A stretch of 14,968 nt of DNA, from IMG/VR virus record IMGVR_UViG_2529292834_000017. One strand, given 5' to 3'. Position 1 is the first letter of the stretch; every line of letters starts with the position of its first letter. Shown here in pieces: positions 1 to 6,401 of this stretch. The DNA is from a virus. Lineage: Duplodnaviria > Heunggongvirae > Uroviricota > Caudoviricetes. Below the pieces are notes generated by a model, which saw only the letters and a list, made by a program, of their open reading frames with translations, had not been told where the DNA came from and made no database searches. The position numbers and the translations under genes were made by a program.

Positions 1-1269
1 ATGCCAAAACTCACAGATATGCAGATCCGCGCATGGATAAAGGCGGGAGACAGATTTGATGGCAAGGCAGACGGCAACGGCCTTTATATTTGCTACCCCA
101 AAAACTACACAGTCCCGTTCTGGCGATTCCGATATAAGCTCGCAGGAAAACAGCGGGCTATGGTTATCGGCTCTTACTCCGAACTGTCACTATCAAAAGC
201 CAGAGAAACAGCAAAAGAGCTGTCAGCCAGAGTTGCTCTTGGCTATGACGTAGCAGCAGAAAAACAGGAACGAAAAGCTGAAGCACTGGCAAAAATGGAG
301 GCTGAGAAAAACGCCATGCGCGTTTCAGATCTGGCCGCCGAATACTTCGAGCGACAGATACTTCCGAGATGGAAACATCCCGATATCCTTCGCCGGAGAA
401 TTGATAAGGATATTAACCCCTGCATTGGGCATATGAAGGTAGAGGACGTTAAGCCACGTCACATTGACGACATGTTAAAAGGTATCGTTGACCGAGGAGC
501 ACCAACGATAGCAACAGATGTATTACGCTGGACACGCCGTATCTTTGACTATGGGATAAAACGCCACGCTCTGGAGATAAACCCTTGTTCAGCGTTTGAA
601 GTATCTGATGCTGGTGGTAAAGAGGTTTCCCGCGACCGTTGGCTAACTCGCGATGAGCTTATCAGGCTATTCGAGGCTATGCGCACCGCAAAAGGATTCA
701 GCCGCCAGAACGAACTGACATTTAAGCTATTGCTGGCACTATGCGTTCGTAAGATGGAGTTATGCGCCGCACGATGGGAAGAGTTTGATTTAGATGGTGC
801 GGTATGGCATTTGCCGGAAGAACGCAGCAAAAACGGAGACCCTATTGATATACCTCTACCTTCCCCAGCCGTTGAATGGTTGAGAGAGCTACACACCTTT
901 TCATGTAATAGCGCATGGGTGCTTCCGGCCAGGAAGATGCAAAACAGAATGATCCCACATATTCAGGAAAGCACTTTACCCGTAGCACTGGCTAAGGTTC
1001 GCGCCGAAATGCCGGATGTGCCTAATTTCACGATTCACGACTTCCGACGCACCGCACGTACTCATTTAGCAGCATTGGGTGTTGATCCTGTCGTGGCGGA
1101 ACGATGCCTCAATCATCGCATTAAGGGCGTAGAGGGGATTTATAACCGTCATCAGTATTTTGATGAGCGTAAAGCAGCACTGGCACAGTGGGCAGATCTG
1201 CTGGTGGCACTGGAAAGCGGGAAAGACTACAACGTAACGCCATTCGATAAAGCCCGGAGGCAAATGTGA
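1..1269 (+). CDS. int: Site-specific tyrosine recombinase, P4-type integrase
   Basis: 422-aa ORF starting at base 1. N-terminus (LTDMQIRAW...GNGLYICYPKN...WRFRYKLAGKQRAMVIGSYSELSLSKARE) fits the arm-binding domain pattern of P4-family integrases. C-terminal region carries the recombinase signature: Arg in LLLALCVRKMEL, HDFRRTA (H-x-x-R), LNH, and GIYNRHQY containing the catalytic Tyr. Family assignment from remembered hallmarks, not a database search. Confidence 0.93.
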   Translation: MPKLTDMQIRAWIKAGDRFDGKADGNGLYICYPKNYTVPFWRFRYKLAGKQRAMVIGSYSELSLSKARETAKELSARVALGYDVAAEKQERKAEALAKMEAEKNAMRVSDLAAEYFERQILPRWKHPDILRRRIDKDINPCIGHMKVEDVKPRHIDDMLKGIVDRGAPTIATDVLRWTRRIFDYGIKRHALEINPCSAFEVSDAGGKEVSRDRWLTRDELIRLFEAMRTAKGFSRQNELTFKLLLALCVRKMELCAARWEEFDLDGAVWHLPEERSKNGDPIDIPLPSPAVEWLRELHTFSCNSAWVLPARKMQNRMIPHIQESTLPVALAKVRAEMPDVPNFTIHDFRRTARTHLAALGVDPVVAERCLNHRIKGVEGIYNRHQYFDERKAALAQWADLLVALESGKDYNVTPFDKARRQM

Positions 1270-1916
1270 ACAACATCTTGAGAAAATCGCCAATCGAACG
1301 GCTTTGTTCATCTGTATCGATTACCCCTCATGAAATGGCTGTGGCCTTGGCTGGCCTAAACCCATCTATGCGCATTAGCGATGTGCCTGAGGAAAATTTC
1401 GAATATGTCGATTTTGTCAGAACTCATCTTGCCAGAGCTATCAAGGTGTACAGAGGTGAAAAAACTAGTAAAGATGAGCCTTGCCATGCCCTTGATATTT
1501 TCTTAGCTTCTTACCCATTTATTGACACAAATACACCAGAAATAATTGTTCAGAAAATATCAGAAGCGATTGATGATTTGCGTGGCACCAAGGGCTGGGA
1601 AGAAAAAGCCCGAAACCTTGGAGGACTCCAGTTAGTAAACTACATCAAAGAAACCAACCGCAGCGGACGTGGGCAGCATAGAAAGCAGGATGAGGAAAAC
1701 GGGACAATGAAAATGATGGGGTTGATAGTACATCTGCTGATAAAAAAATCAGGCTCATCTTCCTACATCCAAAATGGGAAACCTAATCGCACAGCTATAT
1801 ACCGTGACATAGAAACCTTAATCAAGGATGAAGGGATATCCCATAAAGGAATAGCAAAAGCCACATTCCTAGAAAAAATCTCACGGGCTTTATTAGCTGT
1901 CCACGATCTCGACTAA
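1266..1916 (+). CDS. Hypothetical protein, translationally coupled to int (unknown function)
   Basis: 216-aa ORF using GTG at 1266, which overlaps the int stop codon (TGA 1267-1269) and is preceded by GGAGG at 1255-1259. First internal ATG is at 1335 (193 aa) but has no SD. Codon usage is noticeably more AT-rich than int. No motif I can recognise. Confidence 0.55.
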   Translation: MNNILRKSPIERLCSSVSITPHEMAVALAGLNPSMRISDVPEENFEYVDFVRTHLARAIKVYRGEKTSKDEPCHALDIFLASYPFIDTNTPEIIVQKISEAIDDLRGTKGWEEKARNLGGLQLVNYIKETNRSGRGQHRKQDEENGTMKMMGLIVHLLIKKSGSSSYIQNGKPNRTAIYRDIETLIKDEGISHKGIAKATFLEKISRALLAVHDLD

Positions 1917-2069
1917 TCACTTTTCACGCCCCTCCAAAGCAATGGCGGGGCATTACCTGTTTACCCATCTCCACCAGCATAGATAATTCTATGCCTAGCC
2001 ATTGCTATATCTGTTCGGCTTAGTTCATCTGTAATCACCCCATCTCTAAAAGATACGCCAGCTATCATT

Positions 2070-2109
2070 AGCCATTTTAAGCCATCATGAGCCATCATGA
2101 GCCATTATA
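2070..2109. repeat. Four tandem 10-bp repeats AGCCAT(T/C)(T/A)T(A/G) at exact helical phasing; probable protein-binding array in the int-alpA intergenic region
   Basis: AGCCATTTTA AGCCATCATG AGCCATCATG AGCCATTATA at 2070, 2080, 2090 and 2100, plus an isolated AGCCATT at 1997. Lies in an AT-rich, non-coding 480-bp spacer (1917-2397). Confidence 0.5.
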
Positions 2110-2285
2110 AACCGACTCAACCAATTGAATAATAAAAGATAAAAAGAAATGTAAAAACATGATGAATGACGATGAAAGATATAACTCTTTGATAAAACAA
2201 TGATTTTTTAAACTGGTAACTAATTGAAAATAAAGAAAATAATTATCCCACCTGCATTTGCAATCTTTCAGTGGATCGGTATTTT

Positions 2286-2318
2286 TTCAATAGATTTATA
2301 ATTTCTTTCAATAGATTC
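2286..2318 (+). promoter_or_regulatory. Direct repeat TTCAATAGATT x2 (22 bp apart) overlapping a weak sigma70-like promoter upstream of alpA
   Basis: TTCAATAGATT at 2286-2296 and 2308-2318. Possible -35 TTTCAA (2306-2311) and -10 TAGAAA (2328-2333) with 16-bp spacing, about 65 bp upstream of the alpA ATG. Promoter assignment is inference. Confidence 0.3.
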
Positions 2319-2397
2319 TAGTCTTAATAGAAATACTGTATGGGCAACCACTAAACTTTAAGTAACTTCATGAGCTATCAGAGAGGTTACTAGAGAC

Positions 2398-2616
2398 ATG
2401 ACAGTACACAAGCCAGCATCATCAGCTATCCCAACAACTGGATACATCCGTCGCTTTCGCATGCCGGAATTGCTAGGTGTTTCACTGCCTACTATTGATA
2501 GATGGGTTAAAAATGGCACTCTTCCACGCCCAGTGAAGCTAACAGATAACGTGACTGCGTTTGATGCGGTGGAAATTAATAACTGGCTGGCAGAACGCCG
2601 CGGGAAGGTGGCCTGA
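2398..2616 (+). CDS. alpA: AlpA-family phage transcriptional regulator (HTH, excisionase-like)
   Basis: 72-aa ORF with SD AGAGAGG upstream. Sequence ...YIRRFRMPELLGVSLPTIDRWVKNGTLPRPVKLTDNVTAFDAVEINNWL... matches the AlpA/prophage CP4-57 regulator HTH pattern. Position directly downstream of a P4-type int is typical. Confidence 0.88.
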   Translation: MTVHKPASSAIPTTGYIRRFRMPELLGVSLPTIDRWVKNGTLPRPVKLTDNVTAFDAVEINNWLAERRGKVA

Positions 2617-3047
2617 TGGAAAAGAAAAACCGCCCATTACAGGCGGCTAATTCAGATATTCGCGTATCTGATATTACGCCCCTTACAAAATCCCTTCAAG
2701 CACCAAAGCGCACACCGAAAAAGCATCGTGCCCGAGTCTATATGCTGCGTACTGGTATAGAGGGATGGACAGAAAATGACATTCTTCGCTACTGCCGTCT
2801 GTCTTCTGGTCGTAACTATGCAACAGAGTTAGAACGCCAGCTTGGAATCACTCTGGAGCGTATCGACGAAAAGAATCCTGATGGTATCGGAACACACCTT
2901 CGCTACCGTTTCTCCTGCCGTGGTGATGTTCTGAAAGTGATCACTCATGTTAACCATCTTGCGAACATAAATGATCACAACGGACTTTCTCAGCAGGAAA
3001 TTGCCGACATTCTGAAACTCTACCCGGACGCGTTTAACGCCGCCTAA
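2616..3047 (+). CDS. Hypothetical protein with basic N-terminus, coupled to alpA
   Basis: 143-aa ORF. Its ATG overlaps the alpA stop (TGATG) and is preceded by GGAAGGTGG. N-terminal basic stretch KRTPKKHRARVYMLRTG. No recognisable catalytic motif. Confidence 0.7.
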   Translation: MEKKNRPLQAANSDIRVSDITPLTKSLQAPKRTPKKHRARVYMLRTGIEGWTENDILRYCRLSSGRNYATELERQLGITLERIDEKNPDGIGTHLRYRFSCRGDVLKVITHVNHLANINDHNGLSQQEIADILKLYPDAFNAA

Positions 3048-3059
3048 CGGAGACTAAAA

Positions 3060-3893
3060 ATGAACATCGAAAAAAGCAGATTAATTTCTGAGGCCGCCCC
3101 TCATCTGAACGCCTCTCTGGGCACAATTAACGGTAATGAATTTGCCGCAATTGTCCCGGTTATTTCTGGTCATATAGGCGGGCGTGAAACCAATATTGTT
3201 AGCGCAAAAGCGTTACACAAAGCGTTGGGCGTGGGAAAAGACTTCTCTACATGGATCACTGATCGCATCTCTGAATATGACTTCACCATTGGGCACGATT
3301 ACTCAGTCCATAAAACAATTTCCCCAAATTTGGGGAAAAGCCCGAATGACGCGGCTTACAGCAAGATTAAGCAGTCTGGCAGACCCGGCAAAGACTATCT
3401 GTTAAGTGTCGGAATGGCGAAAGAACTGGCAATGATCGAACGCAATGATCAGGGTCGCGCTATCCGCCGTTATTTCATCCAGTGCGAGAAAGAATTACAG
3501 CGTAGCGTGCCTGAAATCGCCGCCCGCTATCGTCGCCAGCTAAAAGCCCGTATCAGTGCCGCAAACAACTTCAAGCCAATGTGCGATGCGCTGAATATGG
3601 CCCGTGCCGAGATGGGGAAAACGACGCAGCAACACCACTACACAAACGAGAGCAATATGATTTCTCGTATCGTTCTTGGTGGGCTAACTGCTAAGCAGTG
3701 GGCGCGGATAAATGGCTATTCTGGCGAACCTCGCGACCATATGAACGCAGAACAGCTTGAGCACCTCTCATATCTCGAAAGCACCAATATCACGTTAATT
3801 GATATGGGCATGGAATATGAGCAGCGCAAAGGAGAACTCACCCGCCTGTCGCAACGCTGGCTCGCCAAGCGTCTGGAGGCGGTCCATGTTTAA
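3060..3893 (+). CDS. Phage antirepressor-like protein (AntA/AntB-type N-terminal domain)
   Basis: 277-aa ORF with SD ACGGAG upstream. N-terminal segment IVSAKALHKALGVGKDFSTWITDRISEYDFTIGHDY fits the AntA-type pattern (A..LH..LGV...FS.WI..RI..Y.F.EG.D) as I remember it. Product call is moderate; coding call is good. Confidence 0.75.
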   Translation: MNIEKSRLISEAAPHLNASLGTINGNEFAAIVPVISGHIGGRETNIVSAKALHKALGVGKDFSTWITDRISEYDFTIGHDYSVHKTISPNLGKSPNDAAYSKIKQSGRPGKDYLLSVGMAKELAMIERNDQGRAIRRYFIQCEKELQRSVPEIAARYRRQLKARISAANNFKPMCDALNMARAEMGKTTQQHHYTNESNMISRIVLGGLTAKQWARINGYSGEPRDHMNAEQLEHLSYLESTNITLIDMGMEYEQRKGELTRLSQRWLAKRLEAVHV

Positions 3894-4068
3894 GCCGACA
3901 GGAACACCACAACCTCAAAAACGCTACAAAGATGCCCACGGAGCACTCGTTACTGTCGAAAGCGTGTCTCACAACCGAGTGACGTTTTATCGCGACGGGT
4001 ATCAATCGCCATGCGTACAACCGCTGGCACGTTTCATGAAGGAGTTCGCGGAGGTTAACAAATGCTAA
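3886..4068 (+). CDS. Small hypothetical protein (60 aa), coupled to upstream gene
   Basis: ATG at 3886 overlaps the stop of the upstream gene (ATGTTTAA), the same overlap style as the other junctions in this operon. Protein [60 protein letters not shown]. The ORF track extends to 3799 but that would overlap the upstream gene by 95 nt. Confidence 0.5.
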   Translation: MFKPTGTPQPQKRYKDAHGALVTVESVSHNRVTFYRDGYQSPCVQPLARFMKEFAEVNKC

Positions 4069-5129
4069 CCGCCCAGAAGAAGATATTTTCACTGGCTGGT
4101 ATGTCGCCAAAATCCAGCAATATGACAGCAAAGTCAGACATTAATACAGCAGATACAAGCAAAGTTTATCATTTGCTGGTGGTAGGAGCGGATGCCTTAA
4201 CTATGTCAGAAATTACGGTCGATGGTGTTAGCGTTGAGAAGGTCAGCGGCTATGCCAGAGAATTTCTGGTCGTAGATGGCTTTCTCTGCTCGTGTAGTGA
4301 CTCCACAAAAACCTTCGTCCACGCGCGTGACGTTAACGAAATGAGCGCGATGTACTGTGCTTCTGGTTCTTCCAATAGTGAGTTTTCGGAGTCCATAAAA
4401 AAGAGCTTGCCGTTATGCGGCAACACGGTTTATGGTTATAAGGCACCTCATAAAACGGGTGCCGGGATTGGCGTCCTAAAAATTCTGAAGGCGACATATG
4501 ACGCGCCAAGCGTCTTTTTTTATGTCGTAGGTCTGACTCACCCATTTTTTGGGCGTTGGTGTATAATCCAGCGCCTTTGTCAATCAATGGTGGCTCAGGC
4601 GGGGGCTTCTTCGGAAGCGCCGGTATCCTTCAGAGCCGGTTACGCCAACCCTGTCTGGGCTACCACCAGCGAAATTGGCGTTTCCGGTGGTAGCGTAACC
4701 TGCTATCTGAAGGAGGCTGCCACATGCTGGCTACTACCCCTACCCAAAAAACGCAATTTATCTGGATTATCGCCGCAGTTCGCCGCGATTGCCCGACAAT
4801 TACCGCCAAAATTCATCATATTGCTGCCGAGTCTGAACGCGATGCTCGCCGTTCTCTGGTGCGCGATCACGTCTGCTTTTTTGCTGGTCGTATCCGCATG
4901 GAGGTGGCACATGATTAAAACCTACGATGTGCATATGGATCCCCTCGAACGCACAAGCCAGATCATCACACTGACAGAAGTGATTAACGACATTCTGGTG
5001 AGCAACTCTCCCTCACGAGACGAAAGACTGAAGGCGTTACTCGCGATATTGGATCTCGCCGTTCGTGACGTTCATTTCCTGCTGGAAGGTGGCGAAATGC
5101 CAGTAAAAACGGGGGCAACCAATGAATAA
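4062..5129 (+). CDS. Questionable 355-aa ORF, probably not one gene
   Basis: The first ~145 codons (4062 to ~4500) look protein-like. The ORF then reads through a hairpin+U7 terminator (4500-4521), a perfect TATAAT (4562-4567), a UUCG-tetraloop hairpin and a 9-bp hairpin, and the SD/ATG of a better ORF in another frame (4724). Its last 72 codons coincide with the separate gene 4911-5129. An annotation pipeline could still call it as one hypothetical protein. Confidence 0.3.
   Translation: MLTAQKKIFSLAGMSPKSSNMTAKSDINTADTSKVYHLLVVGADALTMSEITVDGVSVEKVSGYAREFLVVDGFLCSCSDSTKTFVHARDVNEMSAMYCASGSSNSEFSESIKKSLPLCGNTVYGYKAPHKTGAGIGVLKILKATYDAPSVFFYVVGLTHPFFGRWCIIQRLCQSMVAQAGASSEAPVSFRAGYANPVWATTSEIGVSGGSVTCYLKEAATCWLLPLPKKRNLSGLSPQFAAIARQLPPKFIILLPSLNAMLAVLWCAITSAFLLVVSAWRWHMIKTYDVHMDPLERTSQIITLTEVINDILVSNSPSRDERLKALLAILDLAVRDVHFLLEGGEMPVKTGATNE
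4381..4403 (+). promoter_or_regulatory. Copy 1 of conserved promoter-proximal motif AGTTTT-N2-GAGTCCATAAAAAA (putative early-operon promoter element)
   Basis: GAGTCCATAAAAAA at 4389-4402 is identical to 10237-10250 (14/14), with matching AGTTTT upstream in both. Followed by a perfect palindrome TTGCCG-N5-CGGCAA (4406-4422) and, about 100 nt downstream, a hairpin terminator. Confidence 0.35.
4500..4521 (+). terminator. Intrinsic terminator-like hairpin in the immunity leader (timm-like)
   Basis: GACGC-GCCAA-GCGTC stem-loop followed by TTTTTTT. Immediately preceded by TCTGAAGG (4484-4491), a seqA-like target complementary to 4628-4635. Confidence 0.45.
4530..4567 (+). promoter_or_regulatory. 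Sigma70-type promoter with perfect -10 TATAAT (4562-4567), weak -35
   Basis: TGTATAAT at 4560-4567. No good -35 hexamer at 17 bp, so activity is uncertain. Confidence 0.35.
4568..4700 (+). ncRNA. Candidate P4 CI / P1 C4-type antisense immunity RNA region (boundaries approximate)
   Basis: Non-coding leader with a GCTTC-TTCG-GAAGC tetraloop hairpin (4605-4618) and a 9-bp perfect stem GCTACCACC/GGTGGTAGC (4659-4667 with 4686-4694). TCCTTCAGA at 4627-4635 is perfectly complementary to TCTGAAGGA at 4706-4714, which overlaps the SD (AGGAGG 4711-4716) of the Icd-like gene, and 8/8 complementary to 4484-4491. Family membership would need a covariance-model search. Confidence 0.4.
4724..4918 (+). CDS. 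Icd/Kil-like small protein (cell-division-inhibitor family of P1 icd / P4 kil position)
   Basis: 64-aa ORF with SD AAGGAGG (4706-4712). Motif [10 protein letters not shown]...[25 protein letters not shown] resembles Icd-like proteins as I remember them. Its stop overlaps the next ATG (ATGATTAA). Sits immediately downstream of the antisense-RNA-like leader, as in P1 immI and P4 immunity regions. Confidence 0.55.
   Translation: MLATTPTQKTQFIWIIAAVRRDCPTITAKIHHIAAESERDARRSLVRDHVCFFAGRIRMEVAHD
4911..5129 (+). CDS. Small hypothetical protein (72 aa), translationally coupled
   Basis: ATG at 4911 preceded by GGAGGTG; overlaps the upstream stop and the downstream start (ATGAATAA at 5122). Protein [32 protein letters not shown]... 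Confidence 0.5.
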   Translation: MIKTYDVHMDPLERTSQIITLTEVINDILVSNSPSRDERLKALLAILDLAVRDVHFLLEGGEMPVKTGATNE

Positions 5130-5316
5130 CTCAATTAATACCCCTCGCCTTACGTCCGCACTTCAATTAATCGAGCAAGCAGCGGCTGTCCTGGTTGCTG
5201 TCAGTCTTTCGGCTGAAGAAATGGACGCTGCTGATGTCGTGGATGCGATTAAAGCGTGCTCATCTTTGGTTAACGATGCCCGTGCAGAGCTGGTAATTCT
5301 TGGTGGTGAAAAATGA
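5122..5316 (+). CDS. Small acidic hypothetical protein (64 aa)
   Basis: SD GGGGGC upstream. Start overlaps the previous stop and the stop overlaps the next start (ATGA at 5313). Acidic, helical-looking sequence. Confidence 0.65.
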   Translation: MNNSINTPRLTSALQLIEQAAAVLVAVSLSAEEMDAADVVDAIKACSSLVNDARAELVILGGEK

Positions 5317-5576
5317 ATATCAACTTAATTTATCGTCATCCGTGTGAGCTGGAAATTGAATCATTGCTGGGGCGCGAAGAGCCATATCCAGACACATTCA
5401 CTCCCGCAGATTGCGCGACTGAACGGCTTACCAGAGCGCGCACAGGTCTGGTTCATGTGATGAATGAGATTATTCCCTCGGTGGGAGGGGAACAGGCGAC
5501 AGTAATCAATAGCTGGCTACAAAAAGTTACCTCCCTGATAGATATCAGTTTAATCGATGTGGAGAGTGCGAAATGA
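5313..5576 (+). CDS. Small hypothetical protein (87 aa)
   Basis: SD GGTGGTGA upstream; ATGA overlaps at both ends (5313 and 5573). Confidence 0.65.
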   Translation: MNINLIYRHPCELEIESLLGREEPYPDTFTPADCATERLTRARTGLVHVMNEIIPSVGGEQATVINSWLQKVTSLIDISLIDVESAK

Positions 5577-5794
5577 CCAACATCCAGCTCATTGAAGCGC
5601 AATGTCGCATCGAACAGGTTCAGACTGTTTTAGGGTTCTGGCTTGAAGGGGCCAGCCCAAGCAACAGAGACAAGTTAATGATTGGCGCGGTTATGTCACT
5701 GCTCAATGGCGTACCAGAAGCTATTCAGGAAGCGGACGAATTGTTGGGCAAATATGAGTTACAGAATCATTCAGGCGAGGCGAAACATGAATAA
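5573..5794 (+). CDS. Small hypothetical protein (73 aa)
   Basis: SD GAGAGTG upstream; the stop overlaps the next gene start (ATGAATAA at 5787). Confidence 0.65.
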   Translation: MTNIQLIEAQCRIEQVQTVLGFWLEGASPSNRDKLMIGAVMSLLNGVPEAIQEADELLGKYELQNHSGEAKHE

Positions 5795-6389
5795 TTTCTT
5801 AACTTTCCATGCAGAAGCAACGCCTGGCGGCGTAAACATCATGTACCGCAGCAACGATGGCATGACAGAACGCGTTGAGGCCGTCTCATATATTGATGCC
5901 GTAAATCGTCTGGATGCCGGGGATTATGACGATAAACCAGATGAAGGTATGTCAATACATCTCGCTATTGCCGATGGCGGCAACCAGGGATATTTCGATT
6001 ACACATCACAGCATAACGTCATTATGTGGAGATGGCTGATCGCAACAGTATTCATGCTGGAAATGAGAGAGGAAAACGGCACCGTCAGCATTATTGATGA
6101 CAGTGGCAATCATTCCGTGGTTTCTGTTTATTCCAATGGCATCGTCGCCATGCCGCTGTATCCAGTAGCAGAGCGCCTCGCTATGGCAAACAACATTGAG
6201 GGCGCAATGATCGAGAAATATGGTGTTGATGTCGGAACAAAGAATGCCATCATTTTTTACAGCAACATGTTCGATGTCGAACAGGGAACACTCACTTCGT
6301 TTGGGCGAGAAGTGCTTGCCGATCTTCACAACAGCTTTATTGCCGAACTAAACGAAAACGGCATCCCAGAAGCACCAGTGACGCACTAA
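5787..6389 (+). CDS. Hypothetical protein (200 aa from ATG 5787)
   Basis: ATG at 5787 with GAGGCG upstream, coupled to the previous gene. The ORF track start at 5682 would overlap the upstream gene in another frame. No recognisable motif. Confidence 0.65.
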   Translation: MNNFLTFHAEATPGGVNIMYRSNDGMTERVEAVSYIDAVNRLDAGDYDDKPDEGMSIHLAIADGGNQGYFDYTSQHNVIMWRWLIATVFMLEMREENGTVSIIDDSGNHSVVSVYSNGIVAMPLYPVAERLAMANNIEGAMIEKYGVDVGTKNAIIFYSNMFDVEQGTLTSFGREVLADLHNSFIAELNENGIPEAPVTH

Positions 6390-6401
6390 ACGGGGGCCAG
6401 A

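Noticed and set aside
56-425. ORFs 56-253 (+) and 243-425 (-) inside the integrase gene
   Set aside because: Embedded in or antisense to a well-supported integrase CDS; no SD; typical overlapping-frame artefacts.
1928-1951. Hairpin GCCCCTCC-N8-GGCGGGGC after the 216-aa ORF as a terminator
   Set aside because: Stem has a mismatch and no U-run follows; at best a weak or factor-dependent terminator.
4389-4402. Minus-strand reading of the conserved motif as a conserved small peptide start (ATGGACTC...)
   Set aside because: The two copies give peptides that diverge immediately after MDS, so the conservation is at DNA level.
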